Source: Cyanophyceae cyanobacterium (GTDB lineage: Bacteria > Cyanobacteriota > Cyanobacteriia > Cyanobacteriales > Laspinemataceae). Taken from it: 64,000 bases of DNA. Below are positions 11,876 through 21,571 of the stretch, piece by piece (the stretch's first letter is position 1; each line of letters begins with the position of its first letter). The DNA is taken from positions 352,001-416,000 of the forward strand of contig JBBQFN010000002.1 in the NCBI GenBank assembly GCA_038321985.1. The letters run 5' to 3'. A model generated the notes under the pieces. The model did no database searches, had not been told where the DNA came from, and worked only from the letters and a program-made list of their open reading frames with translations. Made by a program: the position numbers and the translations under genes.

Positions 11876-13402
11876 ATGCACAAAGCACGATTAGCGCGGC
11901 GGTGTTCCTTAATCTTATTAACTACAACCTTCTGTAGTCCAATGCAGGGTGCAGTCTGGGCAACAGCACCCATTGTGGAGGCCCAGGCCAGTCCGCTTCT
12001 TTCCAAGGCGATCGCAGCCGCCCCAGAATTGAGAATCTGGGAATTCGACCCCTATACCAACGAACTGCAAATTACCGTCCCTGAGGGCATCACCCCCGAG
12101 TATTCCATCCTCACCGAACCCCCTCGGATCTCGATCGATATCCCCAATGGTGACACCACCCTCGAACCAAGTACGGAAAATTATCAAGGCATCGTTCGTC
12201 AAGTTCGGATTGCTCAAATCGAATCCGGGGTAACCCGGATTGTGATGGAATTTGCACCGGGAGTCACCCTAGAACCGACCCAAGTCACCCTAACACCGAT
12301 CGGACAAAGCAATCGCTGGATCGTTCGTCCCGCTGTACAACTGGCGGACACTTTACCCACTGCGGTCAATGAACCCGAAGCGGACCTGCGCACCCTGCCG
12401 ATGTTACCGCCATCGGCGGCAAATCAGCCCCCCGGGATCTCGATGCCCCTACCCCTGTTGGAATCCTCAGAATCTAATTCAACCCCAGAATTCTCAGAGA
12501 TGCCGACCCTAAATGTGCCGCCACCGCCACCGCAACTGTCGGAATTAAACATCACCGTAGACGATGCCCGATCGCTGGGATTAACCGAGGATGTAGACTT
12601 TGAATTGCCGGTGGAAACCCCTACTGCCATTAATAGCACTCCGACCGTAACTGTTCCCCCAGTGGAAAATATCGGCGCTGAAGAGGGGATTGAACAAGCG
12701 ACTACACCGATCGAGATTATCCCCATCCTCGTGAATCCAGAACCCGAGATTTTAGCCTCCCGGGAACCCCAAATTCAAGAAACCCAGGCGGCCCTTGATC
12801 CGGGTGCCGATGGTAGCATCGCTTTTGGACAAACCTTGCCGGTCACCGGGGCGATCGCCTCCCCTCCTGAAACTATAACTGCCGTAACTCCCCCCTCTAC
12901 CCCGGAGGAAGTGGCCGCAAATATCCCATCTGATGTGTTGCTTTCTTCTGGGACCGTCCTGGTACTCAGCTATCCCGGTTCCGTGGCGATCGCCTTAGAA
13001 GATCGCCTCCCCAGACAAGAAGTCCTACTCGTCTATTCCGACATTTACGATGGCACCGGCCAATTAATTGCCCCAGTTGGTACCCCAGTTATTGGCAGTT
13101 TCGTACGCGATCGGGGCCAAATCCGCTTTCAGACTCAATCCATCGTCCTTAAAGGTCGTGCTATCCCCTTTCTCGCCCAATCCGAACCCATCGATGGTAA
13201 CCGAGATATTTCCGAGAGACGAACCCTTAGTTACTCGGCATTAGGGGCCGTTGCTGGCGCTGTCCTCGGGGGTCTAGCAGGGGGTCCCCTGTTAGGGGGT
13301 GCGGCAGCCGGTGCAGTCACCTCCGTTTTAAGATCGGATATCGCCGCCACTGTCGAACCCGGACAAATTCTGCCGGTGCGTTTAAGCGAACATTGGCGGT
13401 AA
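11876..13402 (+). CDS. Exported AMIN-domain protein with Pro/Glu-rich linker and glycine-zipper C-terminal domain
   Basis: Signal-like N-terminus; AMIN-like PPRISIDIP...VRQVRIAQ...TRIVME; GAVAGAVLGGLAGG near the C-terminus. Confidence 0.75.
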   Translation: MHKARLARRCSLILLTTTFCSPMQGAVWATAPIVEAQASPLLSKAIAAAPELRIWEFDPYTNELQITVPEGITPEYSILTEPPRISIDIPNGDTTLEPSTENYQGIVRQVRIAQIESGVTRIVMEFAPGVTLEPTQVTLTPIGQSNRWIVRPAVQLADTLPTAVNEPEADLRTLPMLPPSAANQPPGISMPLPLLESSESNSTPEFSEMPTLNVPPPPPQLSELNITVDDARSLGLTEDVDFELPVETPTAINSTPTVTVPPVENIGAEEGIEQATTPIEIIPILVNPEPEILASREPQIQETQAALDPGADGSIAFGQTLPVTGAIASPPETITAVTPPSTPEEVAANIPSDVLLSSGTVLVLSYPGSVAIALEDRLPRQEVLLVYSDIYDGTGQLIAPVGTPVIGSFVRDRGQIRFQTQSIVLKGRAIPFLAQSEPIDGNRDISERRTLSYSALGAVAGAVLGGLAGGPLLGGAAAGAVTSVLRSDIAATVEPGQILPVRLSEHWR

Positions 13403-13525
13403 TCCTCCAGAAAAACCGATTCTGAAGGATTACCCCTACAAAAACGGAAGCTGTGCCTATGCTTTTCTCCAGAAAAAACGGACTTGGCAAAACTAGATTT
13501 AATAACATTCCCCTCTAAAACCGAT

Positions 13526-13558
13526 AAAGGAGGAGGCGATCGTATCGCCTCCTCCTTT
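13526..13558. terminator. Bidirectional intrinsic terminator between convergent AMIN gene and bicA
   Basis: AAAGGAGGAGGCGAT-cgt-ATCGCCTCCTCCTTT, perfect 15-bp inverted repeat. Confidence 0.75.
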
Positions 13559-13640
13559 GTTTATAACTAACTCCGCTCTTAAACCCTGTAGAGAATTGAG
13601 AGTGAATCCCTTTCGTCAATATGACTTGAGGCTGTTGAAT

Positions 13641-15359
13641 TCAAGAGGGTTGCATCCTGGTTTCCGGATTATTCGTGATGAAAACATCCTTAATTTCCCG
13701 TGAGTCCACCGAAATCAAGGCCACTGCTTGTTGGAGAGCTTCAATTCGAGTCGCTGTCATATGGTGAGGGGGTAACAGTTTGACAATCCCAAACCGTTCT
13801 AACCGACGTTTAATCTGACCCCCAGCACCGACAATAAAGACTTGACGACCTTTATCTAGGGCATCTTTAATGACATTTTCGATCGCCAGGGAAGAAGTCA
13901 CCCCTAACATTGGCACATCAGCCAAGTCCAAAATCAGCACTTCAAAATTATCCACCGCCGACTGTTCCCGGGAGATCGCCTTTGAGACTCCAAAAATCAT
14001 CGGTCCGCTAATATGGAACAGCAGAATCCGGCCATCCCCTTTTTGCAGCAACAGCTTTTCTTCCTCACTTAAGAGGATTTCATCATCATCATCCGTAATT
14101 GCCTTGACATCCTTTGCATGAATATCGCTCAGACGTTGGATAGTCAAGAGATTGGCAATAAACACCCCGACGCCGACGGCGACGATTAAATCCACAAACA
14201 CCGTGAGCAAAATCACCCCGTACATAATTAACGCCGCTTTCACCGAGACGCGGTGAGCACGTTTGAGGAATGACCAATCGATAATATCAACCCCCACCTT
14301 GAGGGCGATCGCTGCCAACACCGCCATCGGAATATCTTTCGTCAGAGGCGCTGCCCACAAAATCACCACTAGCAAAATCCCTGAACGGGTTAAACCCGAC
14401 AATGCAGTTCGGCCACCGGCTTGGATATTTACCACCGTTCCCATCGTCGCACCGGCACCGGGAAGTCCGCCACAGAGTCCCGAAACGATATTACCAATCC
14501 CTTGTCCGATTAATTCTTTATCCGAGTTATGGTGAGTGCGGGTCAAACTATCGGCAATCACGGAAGTCAACAGGGAGTCGATACAACCAAGCATCCCCAA
14601 GACAATGCCATTAATCAGCATTTCCCGAAATTCCGTGACAGTAAACACCGGCATATTTAATTGAGGAAGTCCCATGGGAATGACGCCAATATGCCGAATA
14701 TCCGCATTGGAGAAAAACACCAGGGAAAAGACAGTCCCGACAATTAATGCCACCAATTGCGGGGGTACGATCCGCTTAAATTTGGACGGCATAAAGAACA
14801 GAATCCCTAACGTTAAAACCGCTAAAATCGTTTCGGGTACGTCAATATTCGTCACAAACATCGGCAGATTGCGAAAGGTTCCGATCACCCCTCCTTTACT
14901 AGCATGACCTAAAAAAGGTCCGATTTGCAGCAGGATCAGAATCAAGCCAATTCCCGACATAAAGCCGGAAATGACGGTATAGGGCATCAGGGTAATATAT
15001 TTACCCAATTTGAATACCCCGAAGATAATTTGAAAGAGTCCCGCTAGCATGACCACGGTAAAGGCCATCGCCAATCCGGTCTCTGGGCTCTCCGGATGTT
15101 TGGCAATTAGGGAGGCAATGATCGTCGTTATGACTACTGTCATGGGTCCGGTGGGTTCCGATATCAGGGCCGGAGTCCCGCCAAACAACGCTGCAAAAAA
15201 GCCCACGCAGACGGCACCATAAAGACCGGCAACGGGTCCGGCACCGGAGGCGACACCGAATGCCAAGGCCATTGGAAGAGAGACGATCGCAGCAGTTAGA
15301 CCTCCAAACAGATCCCCGCGCACGTTTCTGAAATGGAGTTCATTAAATATACTCATCAT
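13641..15359 (-). CDS. bicA: SulP-family Na+-dependent bicarbonate transporter BicA
   Basis: RGDLFGGLTAAIVSLPMALAFG, ISEPTGPMTV, LPGAGATMGTVVNIQ, C-terminal STAS domain (GPMIFGVSKAI). Start placed at MMSIFN. Confidence 0.88.
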   Translation of the reverse strand: MMSIFNELHFRNVRGDLFGGLTAAIVSLPMALAFGVASGAGPVAGLYGAVCVGFFAALFGGTPALISEPTGPMTVVITTIIASLIAKHPESPETGLAMAFTVVMLAGLFQIIFGVFKLGKYITLMPYTVISGFMSGIGLILILLQIGPFLGHASKGGVIGTFRNLPMFVTNIDVPETILAVLTLGILFFMPSKFKRIVPPQLVALIVGTVFSLVFFSNADIRHIGVIPMGLPQLNMPVFTVTEFREMLINGIVLGMLGCIDSLLTSVIADSLTRTHHNSDKELIGQGIGNIVSGLCGGLPGAGATMGTVVNIQAGGRTALSGLTRSGILLVVILWAAPLTKDIPMAVLAAIALKVGVDIIDWSFLKRAHRVSVKAALIMYGVILLTVFVDLIVAVGVGVFIANLLTIQRLSDIHAKDVKAITDDDDEILLSEEEKLLLQKGDGRILLFHISGPMIFGVSKAISREQSAVDNFEVLILDLADVPMLGVTSSLAIENVIKDALDKGRQVFIVGAGGQIKRRLERFGIVKLLPPHHMTATRIEALQQAVALISVDSREIKDVFITNNPETRMQPS

Positions 15360-15710
15360 TGGCTTATAAATTAGAGGGGTGAGTCGCCCTTCCACGAATT
15401 TGATTTCCTAATCATATAGGAACCGGAACCCTTGGCAAGAGTTGGGCCGTATAAAAACCTTCAAAGTTTTTTATAGGTATGATTACAATGACCCTTATCT
15501 CCGGCAAAAAGCTAACTAACCTTGATCAGCATAGGGTTGGGGATCAAGGGTTGGCGACATCTACAGCCTGATCTCCTATCAATCTTGCAGTGGATTAGTT
15601 ATGCTCTAGGGTTACTATAAAGAATCATCAATGGTAGGGATTTAACCGAGAATAAATACTTAAGCTAGACCCCTTATGGGCAGTCAAACTCGGCAGATGA
15701 GGAAACCGGA

Positions 15711-15744
15711 AAATGCAAAAGGACGTGGAGGTTGATCCACGTCC
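15711..15744 (-). terminator. Intrinsic terminator after DUF3172-like gene
   Basis: Minus strand GGACGTGGA-tcaacc-TCCACGTCC followed by TTTTGCATTT. Confidence 0.65.
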
Positions 15745-15790
15745 CTACAAAGAGCAAAATTCCAAGGGCTAACTAACTGAGATAAGCCCT

Positions 15791-16285
15791 TTAAAAGCGT
15801 TGAGTTTCTGCGGGTTTGCCTCCAGAACCCTGGAAAAATAGATTTCCAGCTGCATCATTCTGATAAATACAACTAATAGCGGGGGTATTCTCTAATGCAC
15901 CCGTGAACCCAAAGGTGTTCATCCGATTTTTACAGTCGCGCACCTGATCGTTGGTAACCAGTTCGCGTTGCTCCAAAATATTCCAGGTATTCGTTCTAAG
16001 TACGCATCCCGGCTGCATTTTAGGCTGGGAGATATAGACATTGAAGGGATTTAGGGTGACGAAGATGCGAGTATCCATCACCATCGCACTAGCTCCATAT
16101 TGAATGCAGAGTTCCGGGTTAGGGGCGCTGCGATCGATGACTTCCCGTGACGCCACGTTTTCTGGACTGAAGTTTGCGGTAGAGCTAAACGCAATACCGA
16201 TCCCTATTCCCAACACGAAAACCCCAGCTAAAATTGCGAGGGAGGTGTAGTTAAAGGGCGATGAGGATTTAGGTTTTCGATACAT
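15791..16285 (-). CDS. Conserved cyanobacterial membrane-anchored protein (DUF3172-like)
   Basis: N-terminal TM helix; NVASREVIDRSAPNPELCIQYGASA, QPGCVLR, CKNRMNTFGF. Confidence 0.75.
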   Translation of the reverse strand: MYRKPKSSSPFNYTSLAILAGVFVLGIGIGIAFSSTANFSPENVASREVIDRSAPNPELCIQYGASAMVMDTRIFVTLNPFNVYISQPKMQPGCVLRTNTWNILEQRELVTNDQVRDCKNRMNTFGFTGALENTPAISCIYQNDAAGNLFFQGSGGKPAETQRF

Positions 16286-17782
16286 GGTCCTTGGTGGTTT
16301 TGAAACTTTGAGTGGGGATGGGTTGGATGATCTCTATCTATTAGTATGCCGAATTTGACTCCCGGATGGCTGCTCCTGGGGGTGCGATCGCCGGAGAATT
16401 TTCCCAGAACCTCTCCTAGTCACTCCAAAGCCACCCCCCCTGGGGCCAAAAATACAGGAGTAGTAGCAACCCCCCCCACAACGGGATATTCTTTCTCCTT
16501 ACCTCATCAATCCCCCTGGCAACCCGCTGTAATTTTTTGATTTAACTCAATAGAGGGTACGATTTTAAAAATTCCCGGTAAATTTTGAGTGCTTGAAAAC
16601 TTTGCAGAAGTTGAATGTTCCAGAAAATATAATCCAAAATTATTTTTTTTTACGCTGTCCAGATTGGAGGATAAACTTAAAGTAAAACAAGGACAAAATA
16701 GGCTGAATTAATTTAATATTTCCCTTAAAATGTTTCTCGGTTGCCTAGAAAGCCCAGGATTTCTGATGGCTTATAGGCTGGGGAAAAGGCGGTAACGATT
16801 GGGAATGTTCCATTTGGGGACTTGAATTTTGTAGAAGCCGGATGAGATTCAACAGTTTTTTAAAGTTATCACAAATATTAAACTTAAAAATTATCTCGTT
16901 TAAATTTTAGTGTGATTTGGGATAAAAATATCCTCGACTGCTGGGATTTTCACGGAGAGTTTATTGCCTACATTTTGCATCGTGTCCCTAATTCTGTATC
17001 CCCTAATTAAAACCGCTCGCCCCCTGATTACCGTGCATTTAGGGTCTTCCGAAGCGTTACCAAGTCGATGAAGAGTTTCCGGGGATCTCGGGGAACTCTA
17101 CTCACCAAGGGGGTGAGTCAGGGCGATCGCATCCGTCAAAGTTTAGACCCCAATACAGAATCGGCCAGAAATCCCCCCCTGTCTTCCCCTTAAAAACCAG
17201 TAGAGTTTCTTATGGAAAATGCCCCGGCATTGTGAAACAGAAGATACCAAAAGGGCGTCCTGACTAAAAAGGCCGAACCTTACCAATTTCAGAGGACCCG
17301 GATAAAATCTTCCAGTAAACAGGCGGATGATGCAACATTTCTTAACCAAATAGAGCGAAGTCTTGTCATCAGCTTGTTTGTGATCGGGCATCTCAATCAA
17401 TGAGATTATTCCGGTAGGAGTTACCATCGGACCCTAATCCCTTCTGGGTATTGCATCTAGGGAAAAGCTGCGCGAATGAAAGCGACTTAAACGTAGAAAC
17501 CATGATAAAGTAACTGGATATTCCGGATGGGCCATCCGCACAGGGCGAAGGTACTGCCTCGGCGATCGCGATCGCCCTCCAAACTGGAGAAAAAACGCCA
17601 ACAGAGTTCCCTTGTTGATTGGGGGTATAGAAAAATCGCTCCGAGGGTAGATGACTCCTCCCTCAAGGGCTTTATTTGAGGAATCACTCCCGGGACTAAT
17701 TCGCCCCAGGGCATACACCGGAAACGCAGGTTATGCTTGGGAAGATTTATTATAGATTAAATGTGCTAAGGGCTTGCGAATT

Positions 17783-19831
17783 ATGACTCATTGCATCAAT
17801 CCCGATTGCCAGAATTCAGAAAATACCAATTACGCTGACAACTGTTCTAGCTGTGGGCAACCGCTGCTTTTAAAAAGCCGCTACCGCTGCATGGAACTCC
17901 TCGGTCAGGGAAAATATGGCCGCACCTTCTTAGCGGTCGATGAAGATAAACCGTCGAAGCCTCGTTGCGCGATCAAGCAGTTTTTCGGAGGAAAAACCGA
18001 CAACGCGATCGCTCAATTTCGAGGAGGTACGCTTGGATCCCCGAGAGGATTGACCTCAGAAGTTATGCTTCTGGACGAATTGACCCAGCATCCGCTGATT
18101 CCCGAACTCTATGCTTCTTTTGAAGATAATGGCAGCCAGTATTTAATCCAAGAATATGTCGAAGGCCAAAATTTAGCGGATGAACTCGCTGAAAGCGGCC
18201 CCTTTAATGAGAAAAAAATTCGGCAAATTCTCACCGACGTCCTGCCGGTATTAAATTTTGTCCACAACAGCTTGCTAATTCATCGGGATATTAAACCCGA
18301 AAACCTGATCCGTCGCCAGAGTGATGGCAAAGTTATTCTCGTTGATTTTGGTACGGTAGAACATCCTACCGTCCGCAGTTCTATGACTCCGGGAACAGCC
18401 CTGGGTTCAGCTGAATATGCGGCCCCTGAACAAACCAAAGGCCAAGCAATTCAAGGGAGTGACCTGTATAGTCTCGGTGTCACCTGTCTGCATTTGTTAA
18501 CCGGACTGCCGCCTTTTGATTTGTACAGCATTAAAACTGAAAGTTGGGTGTGGTCCGAGTATCTCACGCACCCCGTGAGCCTTCAGTTAAGCCGCGTTCT
18601 CGATACTTTAGTCCAACGAGACGTCAAACAGCGCTATGCCTCCAGTGCTGAAGCCCTCAAAGCCCTTAAAGCCCCGAATCTGGAAGCGGTATTACCTCCG
18701 CCCAACAAACGGGTAGCAACTTTCGTGGGAGGGGCGGCGATCGCACTCTTGTCTATAACCCTAGGCTATCGGGCTCCGTCGCCAGTCCCTGTCAGTTTCC
18801 AGGAGGAACCCCCGGAACCTGTCCCGGCACCGCCTCAGATGATGTACAAGGTCAAATATCCGGAACTGTCCTACAAACTCCCTTCCTTTCGCGAAGAGTC
18901 CAGCTATCCGGTTTCCCAAGTACAACCCGTGCGGACCTTGGCGATCGCCTCGGGACCTGTTTGGTCGGTTGCAGTCAGTCCCGATGGCAGCACGATCGCC
19001 TCGGGGAGTACCGACGGCACTATCCAACTGTGGCACGTTAGCACCAATAACGTCCGAGTTCCCCTGCGCATTCTCAGCGGTCATTCCGACCCGGTGTGGA
19101 CCCTAGCGGTTAGTCCCAATGGCAATCTCCTTGCCTCCGGCAGCGCCGATAAAACTATCAAACTCTGGGACCTCAGAACCGGCGAATTGCTCGGCACCCT
19201 GAAGGGCCATAAAGCCGGGGTCTTCTCCGTTGCCTTCAGTCCCGATAGTCAGAGTCTGGCATCCGGTAGCTTTGACAAAAGCATCAAAGTTTGGCGACTC
19301 CACACCAACAACTACTCGGGACTAGCGGGTTCCGAAGTTCGTAGCTTTATCGGACATTCCCAAGAGGTCCAGTCCGTCGCTTTTAGTGTAGATGGTCAAA
19401 CCCTGGCTTCTGGCAGCACCGATGGCACTGTGAAACTGTGGAACTGGCAAACCGGCAAACTCATCCGCACCCTGTTGGGACATTCTGATGCGGTTTGGTC
19501 CGTGTCATTCAGTCCCGATGGCAATACCATCGCCTCGGGAAGTTGGGATAAAACTATCAAATTGTGGGATTTCGGTACTGGCGTCCCCATCCGCACTCTC
19601 AAAGGTCATTCCGAACAGATTCACTCCGTCGCCTTTAACCCCGATGGACAAACCCTCGCCTCTGGAGACCTTGGTGGGACTATTAAGCTGTGGAGTATGG
19701 ACACAGGGTCTCAAGTGGGAACCCTCAAAGGACATTCCGATTGGGTCGGAGTAGCCTTTAGCAAAAACGGTAAAACCCTTGTCAGCGGGAGCTTTGATGA
19801 CACAATCAAACTGTGGAAAGTAAATCCGTAG
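17783..19831 (+). CDS. Ser/Thr protein kinase with 4-Cys prefix, TM helix and ~7 WD40 repeats
   Basis: CINPDC...CSSCG prefix, GQGKYG, AIKQ, HRDIKPEN, DFG, YAAPE; repeated GH...SVAFSPDG...SGS.D.TIKLW units. Confidence 0.93.
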   Translation: MTHCINPDCQNSENTNYADNCSSCGQPLLLKSRYRCMELLGQGKYGRTFLAVDEDKPSKPRCAIKQFFGGKTDNAIAQFRGGTLGSPRGLTSEVMLLDELTQHPLIPELYASFEDNGSQYLIQEYVEGQNLADELAESGPFNEKKIRQILTDVLPVLNFVHNSLLIHRDIKPENLIRRQSDGKVILVDFGTVEHPTVRSSMTPGTALGSAEYAAPEQTKGQAIQGSDLYSLGVTCLHLLTGLPPFDLYSIKTESWVWSEYLTHPVSLQLSRVLDTLVQRDVKQRYASSAEALKALKAPNLEAVLPPPNKRVATFVGGAAIALLSITLGYRAPSPVPVSFQEEPPEPVPAPPQMMYKVKYPELSYKLPSFREESSYPVSQVQPVRTLAIASGPVWSVAVSPDGSTIASGSTDGTIQLWHVSTNNVRVPLRILSGHSDPVWTLAVSPNGNLLASGSADKTIKLWDLRTGELLGTLKGHKAGVFSVAFSPDSQSLASGSFDKSIKVWRLHTNNYSGLAGSEVRSFIGHSQEVQSVAFSVDGQTLASGSTDGTVKLWNWQTGKLIRTLLGHSDAVWSVSFSPDGNTIASGSWDKTIKLWDFGTGVPIRTLKGHSEQIHSVAFNPDGQTLASGDLGGTIKLWSMDTGSQVGTLKGHSDWVGVAFSKNGKTLVSGSFDDTIKLWKVNP

Positions 19832-19865
19832 TTCGTGATCAGGGAGAAAGTTACCGTTTAAATTT

Positions 19866-19914
19866 AAAAAAACGCGATCGGGTCGGCTAAAAACACCCAG
19901 TCGCGTTTTTTTTT
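19866..19914 (+). terminator. Intrinsic terminator after kinase gene
   Basis: AAAAAAACGCGA...TCGCGTTTTTTTTT stem with inner GGGT/ACCC pairing and a long U tract. Confidence 0.65.
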
Positions 19915-20138
19915 GCCGGGTCAAGGGATCAATCCCTGGAAATTTTTTAAGGACCTATACAAATGATAAAAACGGTGGCGGGAGCTAGCACATTGACGAT
20001 TTTACCGCTTTCCCGGTCTCCGGGTCCCTAACTGTTTAAAGAAGATGACCATCCCGTTGACTGAATGTTATGCTTAGAGATAAGGCTTAGTCTGGAAGAG
20101 CCATTGATTTTAATTGAACCAAGAGGTAGGCGATCGCA

Positions 20139-21476
20139 ATGGCTACAGAGGAAAGGGGGTTAGTGTTAGTGATTGACGATTCCGCCACCAACCTAGAACT
20201 GCTGTCGGATATGTTGACCGAAGTGGGGTATCAAGTCCTCTTGACAAAACAAGGTAAAAAAGGGATTGAATTCGCCCAGACAAAGCCAGTAGACCTAATT
20301 TTACTTGATATTATTATGCCGGGAATTGATGGGTTTCAAACCTGTGAAATTCTAAAAAATACTCCCGAAACCCTGGATATTCCGGTTATATTTATGACAG
20401 GAATATCCGATGATTTAGAAAAAGCTAAAGGATTAAGGTTAGGAGCGGTTGATTATATTACCAAACCTTTTTATAAAGATGAAATTTTAGCCCGAATTAA
20501 AATACATATTAAGTTGCGCCGCCTCACCCTCGAATTACTTCACGAAAAAGAATTTCTGGAGCACAGAGTCGAAGAAAGAACGGCAGAACTATCTCAAACT
20601 TTAGCGGAATTACAAAAAGCTCAACTCCAATTAGTTCGCGGTGAGAAACTCTCTTCTATTGGTGAGTTAGTAGCGGGGGTTGCTCATGAAATTAAAAATC
20701 CCCTCGGGTTTATTTCGGGCAATATTCAACTGGCAAGGGAAGGGGTGCATCATTTAATCGAATACTTGAAACTGTATCGTGAGCGATTTCCGAATCCAGG
20801 AGAAAAAATTGAGGAAAAAGGAATCGAAATTGATATCGATTATCTTTTACAGGATTTACCGAAAATGTTGGCTTCGATGAAGGTGGGGACCGATCGCATT
20901 GCGAACCTCAGTACCTCCCTGGGGACCTTTTGCCGTGCCGATACGACTGCTAAAGTTTTGGCGGATATCCATGATGGACTGGATAGCACCTTGATGATTT
21001 TACAGCATCGTCTCAAAGCAAGTCCCCAACGAGCAGAGATTAAAGTTATCAAAAAATACGGTCATCTTCCTCAGATTCACTGCTATCTCGGCCAACTGAA
21101 TCAAGTGTTTATGAATATTTTAGCCAATGCGATCGATGCTTTGGAGGAAGGCGATCGCATTGGCAAATTTAGTCTCCCTTCGAGTCTAATTCCACAAATT
21201 ATTATTGAAACCACTATAACCCTAGATCAATCAGAAATTGTGATTCAAATTACCGATAACGGCCCCGGGATTTCTGCCGAAGTGAAAGCGCAAATTTTTG
21301 ATTATTTGTTTACCACCAAGCCTGTAGGCAAAGGAACCGGCTTAGGGTTATCCATCGCATTGCAAATTATTAAAGAAGCCCAGGGGGGGCATTTAATTTG
21401 TCATTCTGAATTAGGAAGAGGGACGACCTTTGAAATTCGCCTTCCGATTGATTCTCCAAAAGCGATCGCTGAGTAA
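20139..21476 (+). CDS. Hybrid response regulator-histidine kinase (REC-HisKA-HATPase)
   Basis: LVIDD, LILLDIIMPGIDG, YITKPF; H-box GVAHEIKNP; NILANAIDA, DNGPG, FTTKPVGKGTGLGL. Confidence 0.93.
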   Translation: MATEERGLVLVIDDSATNLELLSDMLTEVGYQVLLTKQGKKGIEFAQTKPVDLILLDIIMPGIDGFQTCEILKNTPETLDIPVIFMTGISDDLEKAKGLRLGAVDYITKPFYKDEILARIKIHIKLRRLTLELLHEKEFLEHRVEERTAELSQTLAELQKAQLQLVRGEKLSSIGELVAGVAHEIKNPLGFISGNIQLAREGVHHLIEYLKLYRERFPNPGEKIEEKGIEIDIDYLLQDLPKMLASMKVGTDRIANLSTSLGTFCRADTTAKVLADIHDGLDSTLMILQHRLKASPQRAEIKVIKKYGHLPQIHCYLGQLNQVFMNILANAIDALEEGDRIGKFSLPSSLIPQIIIETTITLDQSEIVIQITDNGPGISAEVKAQIFDYLFTTKPVGKGTGLGLSIALQIIKEAQGGHLICHSELGRGTTFEIRLPIDSPKAIAE

Positions 21477-21571
21477 CCGGGTTTGCTCTGTACAGTCGGG
21501 GACTCAGCAGCCATAGATATTTAGAGGATTGTCTGATGAATCCGCGACTATATGATTATTTTACTACGGGT

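Noticed and set aside
15450..15475. CcmR/NdhR operator upstream of bicA
   Set aside because: Only an AT-rich 8-bp inverted repeat (TATAAAAA...TTTTTATA); no clear ATAG-N8-CTAT match.
16346..17718. Short ORFs in the long intergenic region (16346-16540, 17143-17427, 17434-17718, 17487-17714)
   Set aside because: No motif or convincing RBS; not supportable as genes.
20139..21476. Hybrid kinase as regulator of the siderophore cluster
   Set aside because: Only adjacent and convergent; no sensor domain or Fur-like site links it.
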